IMG/VR virus record: IMGVR_UViG_3300035655_000051
Location: 1-34,231 of that record
Source: a virus
Taxonomy: Duplodnaviria > Heunggongvirae > Uroviricota > Caudoviricetes
Length of the DNA stretch: 34,231 bases
Strand: one strand, 5' to 3'
Shown: positions 1 to 8,292 of the stretch, in pieces
Layout: each line of letters begins with the position of its first letter
Position numbering within the stretch: position 1 is the first letter of the stretch
Position numbers and translations under genes: made by a program
The notes under the pieces: generated by a model
What the model was told of the DNA's origin: nothing
The model's input: only the letters and a program-made list of their open reading frames with translations
Database searches by the model: none

Positions 1-27
1 CACTCCTTTTCTCTGAGTGCTAATTGT

Positions 28-56
28 ATTGTACTCATCTTGCTCTGAAAAATCAA
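28..56 (-). promoter_or_regulatory. sigma-A-type promoter for a gene beyond the left edge (probably host side of att)
   Basis: On the minus strand TTGATT (56-51), 17 bp spacer, TACAAT (33-28); an SD-like AAGGAG lies at 3-8 reading out of the window. Confidence 0.55.
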
Positions 57-169
57 GGGGTTTTGCAATTTTTATGAGAAAGTTTTCAGTTTTTTAACAT
101 ATTGACATTTTATTACGTTAATTCGTGAATTATTTGTATTCAATAATCTATTATGTGCCGCATGGTATG

Positions 170-228
170 GCATATCTTCGCATATCTTGGCGTATTTTCA
201 CCAAAATTGGTGTAGTGATTGGTGTAGT
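170..228. repeat. Probable att-site binding repeats: GCATATCTT x2 (170-178, 180-188) and ATTGGTGTAGT x2 (206-216, 218-228)
   Basis: Two pairs of tandem direct repeats immediately after the integrase stop, the layout expected for Xis and arm-type Int sites of Tn916/lambda-type recombinases. Confidence 0.6.
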
Positions 229-233
229 AACTC

Positions 234-1391
234 TCACATCTGTGCCACTTTTGCGAATTCAGTTTTTATCATATCAGCGTCGATTGACGTGTATACATCG
301 AGTGTAATTTGTACTGAGCTATGCCCCATTAGATATTGAACTGCCTTGATGTTCATGCCGCTGCTAACTTTTCTGGTACAAAAAGTGTGTCGAAGAACGT
401 GAGGTGTGAGATTTGGTAATTGACACTCTGGGTAAAGACTGTTATACGCCTTTGCAATTTCTCTTAGCTCATATTCAATGTTCCAAGCGGTCTTCGGGGT
501 TCCATTTGAATGAATTGAGATGAAACCACAATAGCCATCGACCATCATCTCGTTTGTTTGTGGCCGACGATTGATAATGGCTTTAATCGCGTGATATGCC
601 TCAGCGCTCAATGGAATCGTCCGAAACCCAGCTTTTGATTTTGGATCTGTGATGTAGAGTTCTCCTTTTGAGGTTTTGATGAGTTGTTTATCAATTACAA
701 CTTCATGTTTCACAAAATCAATGTCCGAAAGTGTTAATCCACAAAATTCACTTACGCGAATTCCAGTTTCATACAAAAAAACGATGTCATCATAATACTT
801 ACGAAAGACTCGATCGCATAAAACGAATTCAAGCAAATCAGAATACTGTTGTTCAGTTAATGCGACTCTTTTTTTAGTGTCGTTTTTTATAACTTCATTC
901 AGCTGAAAATCAAACGGATTCTTTAAAATCAAATCATCTTCTTGAGCCATTTTAAATGCAGCTTTTATCAGTGTTTTTATAGTTTTTATTGTACTGTATT
1001 TCAACCCATTCTGGCTCAAATCAATAATCAGTTGTTTTGCGTCTGAAATTTTTACGTCAATAATTTTTGTATTACCGATAGACGTATCCTTCAACTTGTT
1101 TGTCGTTGTATAATATGTCTTCAAACTCGATTTCTTTATTGATGTTTTCTTAAATTCATAATATCTTATAAGAAACTGATATGTTGTTATTTTACCGCCT
1201 TCAAAATCTATCCCTTGAGAAATTATTTTACTAGTATTATTTTCTTTTTCTCGAAGAACTTTTAAATCTTTCGCATAAATTGTGTGACGTTTTCCAGTTT
1301 TATCAGTCCATCGATATTGATACATGCCATCCTTTCTTTGGCTTTCGCCATTTTTTAAAACTCTGCCTTTACTATCTTTACGTCTTTCCAT
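234..1391 (-). CDS. int: Tyrosine integrase with Tn916-type N-terminal arm-binding domain
   Basis: N-terminal RRKDSKGRVLKNGESQRKDG; catalytic R (ETGIRVSE), HxxR (HVLRH), GH and Y (DVY); start moved to ATG at 1391 behind AGGAG. Confidence 0.95.
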   Translation of the reverse strand: MERRKDSKGRVLKNGESQRKDGMYQYRWTDKTGKRHTIYAKDLKVLREKENNTSKIISQGIDFEGGKITTYQFLIRYYEFKKTSIKKSSLKTYYTTTNKLKDTSIGNTKIIDVKISDAKQLIIDLSQNGLKYSTIKTIKTLIKAAFKMAQEDDLILKNPFDFQLNEVIKNDTKKRVALTEQQYSDLLEFVLCDRVFRKYYDDIVFLYETGIRVSEFCGLTLSDIDFVKHEVVIDKQLIKTSKGELYITDPKSKAGFRTIPLSAEAYHAIKAIINRRPQTNEMMVDGYCGFISIHSNGTPKTAWNIEYELREIAKAYNSLYPECQLPNLTPHVLRHTFCTRKVSSGMNIKAVQYLMGHSSVQITLDVYTSIDADMIKTEFAKVAQM

Positions 1392-1417
1392 AAATAGACT
1401 CCTTACATTTACTATAA

Positions 1418-1468
1418 AGAGCCTTGATGTGACACTATAAGTATACCACACCAAAGCTCTGATTTCAA
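1418..1468 (-). promoter_or_regulatory. int promoter embedded in an 18-bp hairpin
   Basis: TTGAAA (1468-1463), 17 bp spacer ending TG-G, TATACT (1445-1440); overlaps the stem AGAGCTTTGGTGTGGTAT/GTGTCACATCAAGGCTCT (1460-1418). Confidence 0.7.
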
Positions 1469-1659
1469 ATCGAATAAGACTGGTCTATGTATTTTTCAAG
1501 TGCCTTGCGTTTAATCAAGCGTTTTGATCCAACCCACAGCACAAGCTGCTTGTCGTCCTTGTCTGTAATTTCTCTTAGTTTATGTGTGCCGATATTAGAG
1601 TACGCGGCAGCCTCTTCTACTGTAAGCGCTATTTTTTCCCAGATTGGGACTTCCTTCAT
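1465..1659 (-). CDS. xis: Excisionase (MerR/HTH_17-like)
   Basis: VPIWEKIALTVEEAAAYSNIG...WVGSKRLIKRKALEKYI; adjacent to int; ATGA overlap with the folD stop. Confidence 0.9.
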   Translation of the reverse strand: MKEVPIWEKIALTVEEAAAYSNIGTHKLREITDKDDKQLVLWVGSKRLIKRKALEKYIDQSYSI

Positions 1660-2483
1660 TTGATCATCTCCTCCATCTTCTCTTCCCCATACTTTGCTAC
1701 ACATACATTATATAAGAGCATAGCGCGGGTCATAAGGCCGACCCCACCGATACGAGGTGTTACTTTGACATCTTTCATATCATAAACAGTATCAGTACAA
1801 TCGCCGTGTTGCTTTCCGTTCTCGTCATAGTTGATACCAACGTCGATGCAGACATCTACGTTAAACAAATCTAATGGTGAAATAAAATCGCGTTCCCCAA
1901 CCGCAGAAATGACAACATCTACAAGACCGTCGTGGAGAGCGTAATAACGAAGAGCGTTTCCGCTGCTATTCACAGAGATTACATTACAGTGCCGCTTAAT
2001 CAGCATATCGACCAACGGACGACCCACGATATTAGATTGACCACACACAAGCACGTTCTTGCCATCCAGATCATAACCGATGGAATCAAAAATTTTCATA
2101 ACGCCCAGTGGAGTGCATGGCTGAAATGGAGATGTAGAATTAAAGCCATCAACATCAACTGCGTCTGGAATGCAGATATTTTTGGGATCGATATGTTTTG
2201 GCAACGGAAGCTGAACAATGATACCATTTGCTTCTTCATAGATACGATTTTGCAATATCATTCTATTTAATTCATCTTCAGTAATATCTTCTGGCAGCTT
2301 GATAAGCTCTGCTTTAATACCAACATCTTCACAGTCACGCAGTTTACCACGAATATAAGTGTTGGACGCTGGATTATCCCCTACTTGATAAATATGTAAA
2401 ACAGGAATACAGTCTTCTTTTTTGATGATATTTTTGATTTTATCTTTAATGTCCAATGCAATAGATTTACAATCAATAATCAT
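1656..2483 (-). CDS. folD: Methylene-THF dehydrogenase/cyclohydrolase
   Basis: VGDNPAS..Y...K, GIIVQLPLP, DVDG, PCTP, GxSNIVGxP, DVGIN and GGVGxMT motifs. Confidence 0.93.
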   Translation of the reverse strand: MIIDCKSIALDIKDKIKNIIKKEDCIPVLHIYQVGDNPASNTYIRGKLRDCEDVGIKAELIKLPEDITEDELNRMILQNRIYEEANGIIVQLPLPKHIDPKNICIPDAVDVDGFNSTSPFQPCTPLGVMKIFDSIGYDLDGKNVLVCGQSNIVGRPLVDMLIKRHCNVISVNSSGNALRYYALHDGLVDVVISAVGERDFISPLDLFNVDVCIDVGINYDENGKQHGDCTDTVYDMKDVKVTPRIGGVGLMTRAMLLYNVCVAKYGEEKMEEMIK

Positions 2484-2502
2484 TATAAACCTCCTTTATT
2501 TA

Positions 2503-2519
2503 TAAGAATCCAAGTTTTA
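2503..2519. repeat. 17-bp junction motif TAAGA-N7-TTTTA (copy 1)
   Basis: Contains the stop codon of the ORF at 2517..2687 and precedes the folD SD. Confidence 0.7.
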
Positions 2520-2687
2520 TAAAATTGTTTTGTAACCAAGGTCTCTTAGACACTCACAGTAGCCACGAATGACATCTGACCCTACTTTATAAATAGAGCC
2601 AATGTATTTTTCGTTTTTATCGAAAAACTCAATTTGCCATTTTCCGTCACGGACGTACTTCGCTCTATAAAAGTCAAAATCCTTCAT
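2517..2687 (-). CDS. Hypothetical protein, 56 aa (MKDFDFYRAK...GYCECLRDLGYKTIL), absent from the ORF track
   Basis: Translated by hand; AAGGAG SD; TAATG coupling to the upstream gene. Confidence 0.75.
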   Translation of the reverse strand: MKDFDFYRAKYVRDGKWQIEFFDKNEKYIGSIYKVGSDVIRGYCECLRDLGYKTIL

Positions 2688-2881
2688 TAGCATTCTCCTT
2701 TATACCCACTACTACTATACAGAATATTTCGTAGCTGATTGATAAAATCATCCACAACGCATTCACTGCAATCTAAATTAACCGTACACATGCCACAGCT
2801 ATCAGTATAATGGTGCAGTAGATCTTCGATTGATCTTTTATAATATTCTGTTTGGTCTTTATAAAACCCTAACTCTTCCAT
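2687..2881 (-). CDS. Hypothetical Cys-rich protein
   Basis: CxxC-x4-CxxC; GAGGTG SD. Confidence 0.7.
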   Translation of the reverse strand: MEELGFYKDQTEYYKRSIEDLLHHYTDSCGMCTVNLDCSECVVDDFINQLRNILYSSSGYKGEC

Positions 2882-2885
2882 AAAA

Positions 2886-3305
2886 TCACCTCGTTACTGT
2901 ACTAACTCCATTATTTTTAATCTGTAATTTTTGAACATGAATTATTACAGAGTCAGCATTAACAGTATTGGTTGACTTATATTCGATATATGGAGCGTTG
3001 CTATCATATACAATTTTTACATGTCCTTTGATATTCATATAAGTGCCATTGCAAAGAACCGTAAGCATCTCATAATTTTCTGCTGGAATATTGGATACCG
3101 TAGTTGATGTATATCCATAGATACCCGGTTCTAGCTCTTCAATAGTAGCAGTCCACTCAATCGGATTATAATGACGATAGATACCGTCGCCAATCGCCCA
3201 TACAAAATATCCAACAATAAGAGTAATGAGCACACCGACTGTCAAAAACAAGATCTTTTCTCCAAGAGTGATTTTTTCGTTATTACCATCCAAGTTCAAC
3301 ACCAC
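2886..3305 (-). CDS. Hypothetical membrane-anchored protein
   Basis: N-terminal hydrophobic helix; fits operon packing. Confidence 0.7.
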   Translation of the reverse strand: MVLNLDGNNEKITLGEKILFLTVGVLITLIVGYFVWAIGDGIYRHYNPIEWTATIEELEPGIYGYTSTTVSNIPAENYEMLTVLCNGTYMNIKGHVKIVYDSNAPYIEYKSTNTVNADSVIIHVQKLQIKNNGVSTVTR

Positions 3306-3774
3306 TTTCGTTTACAATATAGATGCCGTTGTCTTTAAGATATTCTATAAATTCTTCGTGTGGTAATTTATGGGCGAGCTCACAAATAGTGTAGTTACTT
3401 CTGCCTTTCACCCACTTTGTTTCTTTACGTAAGCAGGACCATTGATGTACACGAAATTCTTTGCAACGCCATTTTAAATGAAAGGCATCTGCACACAAAT
3501 CGCAAATTGGTATCTCTACATAAAAGTCGCCAGGATAGCGTTTCCTTCGCCACCACTCCATGTCATAAAATACCATACCATAGAGTTCAGGATAATCTTC
3601 AAATCCATGTTCTCTAAGGTAAGCAAAACCCAATCCATTGATGGTCCATTCTGGCGACCTTGGAACCGTATATCGAAGCTGTGATTCTGTATGCGAGATA
3701 CAGGCATTATTATATTTGCCGTCGATGTCCATAATGTACCAGTCGGATTTATAGTAACCGATTTGCTTAGTCAT
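3283..3774 (-). CDS. Hypothetical protein
   Basis: ORF; start at MTKQ behind a GGTGA SD. Confidence 0.7.
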   Translation of the reverse strand: MTKQIGYYKSDWYIMDIDGKYNNACISHTESQLRYTVPRSPEWTINGLGFAYLREHGFEDYPELYGMVFYDMEWWRRKRYPGDFYVEIPICDLCADAFHLKWRCKEFRVHQWSCLRKETKWVKGRSNYTICELAHKLPHEEFIEYLKDNGIYIVNESGVELGW

Positions 3775-3955
3775 ATTTCTTTTCACCAGTTGTATCTCTA
3801 TATCCACAATCAACTAATGCGTCGCAGTAGATTTTAAGAGATTCTTTGTTTGAATATACTCTATTCCAAACACGACCATACCCATCTTCACGCTCATAAT
3901 CATGTGCCACAATCATAAAATCATCTACGACATAAAAACTCCCGCGTTCAATCAT
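3767..3955 (-). CDS. Hypothetical protein (shares a YCxxLxDxGY motif with 2517..2687)
   Basis: GAGG SD; shared motif. Confidence 0.7.
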   Translation of the reverse strand: MIERGSFYVVDDFMIVAHDYEREDGYGRVWNRVYSNKESLKIYCDALVDCGYRDTTGEKKYD

Positions 3956-3970
3956 AATCTTGCTACCTCA

Positions 3971-3987
3971 TAAAAGTCTAGTTCTTA
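3971..3987. repeat. 17-bp junction motif TAAAA-N7-TCTTA (copy 2)
   Basis: Contains the stop of the ORF at 3985..4113 and is directly followed by a GAGG SD. Confidence 0.7.
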
Positions 3988-4113
3988 AATGTATTTCTCG
4001 TAATCGTAAGGAATGGCACCAAATCTATTAAGATATTTTTGCGCCCGATGATGATTCTTTTTACGAACCTTTTTAGAACGGCCATGCTCTCGAAGATGGT
4101 ACATTCTGTTCAT
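3985..4113 (-). CDS. Small basic hypothetical protein, 42 aa (MNRMYHLREHGRSKKVRKKN...)
   Basis: Translated by hand; fills the gap; stop lies inside the junction motif; start uncertain. Confidence 0.5.
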   Translation of the reverse strand: MNRMYHLREHGRSKKVRKKNHHRAQKYLNRFGAIPYDYEKYI

Positions 4114-4218
4114 CTCTTTTAGTGACATCTTTCTCATCTCTTACACCATCCTTCGATTCTCTCACACGCTCTGCAAATTGCGTCAAAAAAGTCAACTCTT
4201 GTCTGCATCAGAAACAGT

Positions 4219-4575
4219 TTAAAGTACGCTCTCCGCTTCTTTGCGAGCCACCAATCGTTGTTCATATTCTTTGTTCGCGATTCGTTCTTGCTCATGCAAT
4301 TCAAGTCCTTTCAACCAGTAAGATGGACATTCATAAATTTTTTCAAGTGTGTTTGCATCGCAAAAGTATTCTCGATCTCTCTTATTGTAATCGTAATATC
4401 CAATAAACGACAAACCGTAATCGCTTATTACAATGTTGTCTTTTAAAGGAATCGGACGTTCATCACAGACCTTGACCCAACCTAGGAAGTCTTCGCAAGA
4501 TTCGGCGCAACTATCTCTTGTTTGCTTTCTATAAGCGCATACTTCTTTATGTAGACATTTACTGCAAATAGCCAT
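4219..4575 (-). CDS. Hypothetical phage protein (N-terminal CxxCxHxxxC, DUF551-like WxxxxERPI segment)
   Basis: GAGGTG SD; sequence pattern. Confidence 0.7.
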   Translation of the reverse strand: MAICSKCLHKEVCAYRKQTRDSCAESCEDFLGWVKVCDERPIPLKDNIVISDYGLSFIGYYDYNKRDREYFCDANTLEKIYECPSYWLKGLELHEQERIANKEYEQRLVARKEAESVL

Positions 4576-4592
4576 TTTTTCTCACCTCTTTC

Positions 4593-4609
4593 TAAAACAT
4601 ACATTCTTA
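4593..4609. repeat. 17-bp junction motif TAAAA-N7-TCTTA (copy 3)
   Basis: Contains the stop of 4607..4825 and precedes the SD of 4219..4575. Confidence 0.7.
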
Positions 4610-4825
4610 ATCGTTAAAAACTTCTTCTCGCAGAACCGGTTCATTATTACTCTCTACGCGATTACCGCATTCTGGGCATTTTGTTAGATAAAACAAAGTC
4701 ACATTCAGTGCTTTTGCAACAGAAACGCCTTCTGAATCAGACCAAAATTCACAACCACAACCACATTTAAAATGATATGCAAGTTCTTTTGGAGTCTGCT
4801 TATGTTGAATAATTTTAATTGCCAT
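4607..4825 (-). CDS. Zn-ribbon hypothetical protein
   Basis: CGCGC...CPECG; GGAGG SD before MAIKII. Confidence 0.75.
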   Translation of the reverse strand: MAIKIIQHKQTPKELAYHFKCGCGCEFWSDSEGVSVAKALNVTLFYLTKCPECGNRVESNNEPVLREEVFND

Positions 4826-5045
4826 CGGGCACCTCCACGGTAAAGATATTTTTGGTTGCTTCTTTCCAAGAAATAAACTCAGATCCAGCAACTTCTGCTC
4901 TACATCTATAGCACGCAATCACATTATTCTCAGGAATGTCCAAATCAGGATTTTCAAAAGAAGCCACTCGAATCTTAGTTGTGCAACCGCAATTCTTACA
5001 TGGAAATACGATTACCGGATTTTTCAAACTATCAGTCTTATGCAT
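4815..5045 (-). CDS. Zn-ribbon hypothetical protein
   Basis: CKNCGC...CYRC; GAGG SD. Confidence 0.75.
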   Translation of the reverse strand: MHKTDSLKNPVIVFPCKNCGCTTKIRVASFENPDLDIPENNVIACYRCRAEVAGSEFISWKEATKNIFTVEVPDGN

Positions 5046-5054
5046 ACTAATACC

Positions 5055-5282
5055 TCAATCCACAAACACAAACGGTGTATTAAAAATATCTTGGAAATTT
5101 CTTTCTTGAATCATGTTTTCCGCAGATAGAGCAACCTTGATAACTTCATCGTCTGTATGCGTCTCGTCATATTCTATTGTGTCGCAAACCTTATACATTT
5201 TGCCGTCTTTGTCCTGAAGTAGCATTCCCTCGCCAAGTTTTAATGGAGCTGTTTTCTTTTCTTTTCGAATATGTGCTTTCAT
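5055..5282 (-). CDS. Hypothetical protein
   Basis: Start MKAH after GGGTGGGTGGGAGG. Confidence 0.7.
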   Translation of the reverse strand: MKAHIRKEKKTAPLKLGEGMLLQDKDGKMYKVCDTIEYDETHTDDEVIKVALSAENMIQERNFQDIFNTPFVFVD

Positions 5283-5317
5283 ATTGTTTATTCCTCCCAC
5301 CCACCCGTAAATCTTAA

Positions 5318-5788
5318 TTAACAGCCGTATTCAAACTCATCAAGAATGGATTCAATATCATACGACTCGCCTTCTGATTCATGACAGATTTCGTAAAATC
5401 CATAGAAGTGTTTCGCATCTTCCTTAAAGGAAGCAACATCCTCATCGTAGTGATGCAAAGCCCTCTGCCATGCACGATAGTCCTTGTCAAGGTCTGTGAT
5501 CCAAAATCTATAACTCAGCTTCTCAAGCCATTTGTTTTTGATTTCAGGTGATGGATAAATTGCAAAGATATTCTTATAACCACTTTTTAAAAGCTGCTTA
5601 CGAACATCATCATGAGAAGATACGAACACATCATAACCCTGTTCTGATAAACCGATAGCCACATTACAATATGATTCGACCCAACTGCCGTCTTTGATAA
5701 AATTGCTACTTTCGAGGTCGATTGCCTTGTATTTGTGACTAACAGCGTATGTGCTTTTCCCGATGCACGGATATCCAACAATAATCAT
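5318..5788 (-). CDS. Small P-loop kinase/NTPase
   Basis: N-terminal Walker A GYPCIGKS followed by IDLESS. Confidence 0.75.
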   Translation of the reverse strand: MIIVGYPCIGKSTYAVSHKYKAIDLESSNFIKDGSWVESYCNVAIGLSEQGYDVFVSSHDDVRKQLLKSGYKNIFAIYPSPEIKNKWLEKLSYRFWITDLDKDYRAWQRALHHYDEDVASFKEDAKHFYGFYEICHESEGESYDIESILDEFEYGC

Positions 5789-5799
5789 ACTATCCTCCG

Positions 5800-5816
5800 T
5801 AAAATTTACCTTTTTA
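5800..5816. repeat. 17-bp junction motif TAAAA-N7-TTTTA (copy 4)
   Basis: Contains the stop of 5814..6119 and is directly followed by a GGAGG SD. Confidence 0.7.
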
Positions 5817-6119
5817 CTTAATACCGTATTTTGCTTTGACCTTCTTCAGAGTCTCACTCTTGTTGTGATAGTCGTCGCGAGCCGCCTGATAAGCAGTCAT
5901 TTTCTCTGCCAGAACACGCTTTGCTTCGGCCTCTGCAACATCAGCATCTGCCAGCTCCTTGTTCAAAACAAAGCCACTCGTCTTGATACCATCAATAAAC
6001 CCGTCCATACGATCCTTCTTGACGCTTTTCTCACACATTGCGCCAGTATCAGTGTTGAACATCTTTACAATAGAATCCTCGACACCGGCGATATTGTAAA
6101 CATAAAAATACTTAGCCAT
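5814..6119 (-). CDS. Hypothetical protein with C-terminal coiled coil
   Basis: GGAGGAG SD; ORF. Confidence 0.75.
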   Translation of the reverse strand: MAKYFYVYNIAGVEDSIVKMFNTDTGAMCEKSVKKDRMDGFIDGIKTSGFVLNKELADADVAEAEAKRVLAEKMTAYQAARDDYHNKSETLKKVKAKYGIK

Positions 6120-6122
6120 AAT

Positions 6123-6596
6123 TTACTCCTCCTCAACTTTTTCAAATTTGAAAATAGTGTTTTCGGTCTGAACAATAACATTCTTCTTGTCATCCGAGAT
6201 GTAATAATCGGTAACATGTGATGTATGCATTGCGCCCGGATAATCGTGTCCCTCATTGTCTTTGATGTACCGGAAACCGGCAGACTCATCGACCTTCAGA
6301 CGCACAATCTTCATAGTCATGCCAATCCAAGTGGGATACCAGCCGTCGTTTCGAGTACGGCCAGTTACCAGTGAGATTGCGTTCGTTAGCTTGTACTGAT
6401 TTCCCATAATCTCATCATCAATCGGATTTTTATGAGTCAATGCAGCATTCGGCATCTTCTCAATTGTGCGTGTCAAAAGAAGCATGAAATGCATAAACGC
6501 ATCATGTTTTTCTTCTCCAACATCGATTTCTGCGTACTTGCCTATCCGATACAGAAGCTCGGACGTATCGATTGTCTTTCCCATAATTCCCTCCAT
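6123..6596 (-). CDS. Hypothetical protein
   Basis: ORF between dut and the next gene; alternative start MGKT at 6584. Confidence 0.7.
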   Translation of the reverse strand: MEGIMGKTIDTSELLYRIGKYAEIDVGEEKHDAFMHFMLLLTRTIEKMPNAALTHKNPIDDEIMGNQYKLTNAISLVTGRTRNDGWYPTWIGMTMKIVRLKVDESAGFRYIKDNEGHDYPGAMHTSHVTDYYISDDKKNVIVQTENTIFKFEKVEEE

Positions 6597-7075
6597 TACT
6601 TCACTCCCGTACTTCCAAAGCCTCCGACTCCGCGCTCCGTTTCATCCAGTTCCTCAACCACATTAAACTGTGCCTGATAATACGGAACGAACATAAACTG
6701 GGCAATACGGTCACCATGAACAATCTCTTGCGGCATATCAGAGTGATTATGAAGCGGAACCATAGCCTCTCCCCGGTAGTCTTGATCAATAACGCCAACG
6801 CAATTTGCCGGTGCCAACCCCCTCTTAGTAGCCAGACCGCTGCGAGCATAGCCAAGAATCGCCCAGCCTTCAGCCGGAGCAAAACGCAAGCCAGTGCCAA
6901 TCATACGAGTCTCGTGCGGACGAATATAGATGATGGGATTGCCGTGTTCATCAAACAGATCGGCCTGATTTGCCGGAATATAAGCATACACATCAGCACA
7001 CGCAGCGCACTTAGAACCATATGTAGGGATGTGTGCATCAGGATAAATTTTGTTTATTTTTACAATGGGATTCAT
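6596..7075 (-). CDS. dut: Trimeric dUTPase
   Basis: ACAD, RSG, GVIDQDYRGE, GDRIAQ and RGVGGFGSTG motifs. Confidence 0.95.
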   Translation of the reverse strand: MNPIVKINKIYPDAHIPTYGSKCAACADVYAYIPANQADLFDEHGNPIIYIRPHETRMIGTGLRFAPAEGWAILGYARSGLATKRGLAPANCVGVIDQDYRGEAMVPLHNHSDMPQEIVHGDRIAQFMFVPYYQAQFNVVEELDETERGVGGFGSTGVK

Positions 7076-7076
7076 A

Positions 7077-7313
7077 TTAGTTCTCCTTTTCAATATTCAA
7101 TTTGATTGTTTCAGCACGGATTCGCGGATTATCGTACTCGATATTTGGATAATATTCCGCTTCATCTTTGATATAAGACTCCAAATCGTTAGCCAGAACA
7201 GACTCGGTCAACCCATAGTGTTTGATAAATTCGTCCAGAGTCTCACCATCTAGCAAATGTTCATTGATATCAAGTTCGATTGTTATTTTCGCTTCATACT
7301 TCATTTTTGCCAT
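7077..7313 (-). CDS. Hypothetical protein
   Basis: AAGGAG SD; ORF. Confidence 0.65.
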   Translation of the reverse strand: MAKMKYEAKITIELDINEHLLDGETLDEFIKHYGLTESVLANDLESYIKDEAEYYPNIEYDNPRIRAETIKLNIEKEN

Positions 7314-7795
7314 AACACAACTTCTCCTTTCTCAAGACTTTTCTTTACATCAACAACTCTCTGATTTCGGCTTCCAGCCCACGGCAATGAAATATCGCGC
7401 TCGGCTTCGACATATGGGCCATCCACAAGCACATCTATATAATGCAAGTGATCCCAGTCTTTAATTTGATTCCACTCGTATCCAGTCCACATCCAGATGT
7501 CTTTGGTGTAGCCAAACTCTTTGCGAACTCGCTCACAGATGTAGCCAGCAATCAATCGGTTCTGAATGAAAAGTGGATCTCCCCCACTGAACGTCAAACC
7601 GCGAATATAATCATGCCGAAGCAGATCAAGCAGTTCTTGCATTGTATCTTCAACAAACGGATTGCCGGCAGCTGCATCCCATGTCTGAGGATTTTGACAG
7701 CCGGGGCAATGATGCGTACAACCCTGCACGAACAATGTGACGCGTACCCCCTCGCCATTTGCTATATCACAGGGAACGATTTTAGCGTAATTCAT
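7301..7795 (-). CDS. nrdG: Anaerobic ribonucleotide reductase activating radical-SAM protein
   Basis: DIANGEGVRVTLFVQGCTHHCPGCQN, GGDP, DVLVDG, GSRNQ. Confidence 0.95.
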   Translation of the reverse strand: MNYAKIVPCDIANGEGVRVTLFVQGCTHHCPGCQNPQTWDAAAGNPFVEDTMQELLDLLRHDYIRGLTFSGGDPLFIQNRLIAGYICERVRKEFGYTKDIWMWTGYEWNQIKDWDHLHYIDVLVDGPYVEAERDISLPWAGSRNQRVVDVKKSLEKGEVVLWQK

Positions 7796-7796
7796 C

Positions 7797-7997
7797 TCAA
7801 ATAAACCTCGTCCACATACTTGCACAAACTATAATAAAAACATTCAGCGCGACGCAGCCATACATTCCATTCTTTTTGTCACCTTTGAAAATATATGTAG
7901 AAGTATCATACAGAATCTGTTCAGAACGAATGCCTGCTGCGGTGAAAATCAAAATAATATAAACCTTGATCATAAACCAAGCAATATTAGTTAGCAT
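7797..7997 (-). CDS. Small two-TM hypothetical protein
   Basis: Two hydrophobic segments. Confidence 0.65.
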   Translation of the reverse strand: MLTNIAWFMIKVYIILIFTAAGIRSEQILYDTSTYIFKGDKKNGMYGCVALNVFIIVCASMWTRFI

Positions 7998-8002
7998 TTA
8001 TA

Positions 8003-8278
8003 TCACTCCCACTCATACCAAAACTCACTCCAATTGAGTGCTTGTCCGCAACAACCACAAAAATTATTTAATGTATCATGGTCATTTTCAAGAAAATCTG
8101 CTTTGCCACACGACGGGCAGACATATCTACCAATTCGTTCATCAACGACAACCTTCATAGAACCCCTCGTCCTTAAAGCGTCCATTCCCATCCGACACGC
8201 TTCTTCGACAACCTCAATCGAATCATAGTGTTCGCGGTGTTCTGGATCTAAGATTTCAATCGCACGCTCAACCGTCAT
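8003..8278 (-). CDS. Zn-ribbon phage protein
   Basis: CPSCG...FCGCCGQAL.W. Confidence 0.75.
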   Translation of the reverse strand: MTVERAIEILDPEHREHYDSIEVVEEACRMGMDALRTRGSMKVVVDERIGRYVCPSCGKADFLENDHDTLNNFCGCCGQALNWSEFWYEWE

Positions 8279-8292
8279 AATTCACCATCCTT

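Noticed and set aside
125..307. 60-aa plus-strand ORF and TTGACA at 102-107
   Set aside because: No SD, weak -10, and overlaps the att repeats and the int 3' end
234..1659. Conjugative transposon (Tn916-like int/xis)
   Set aside because: No conjugation genes in the window; the surrounding content is typical of a large phage
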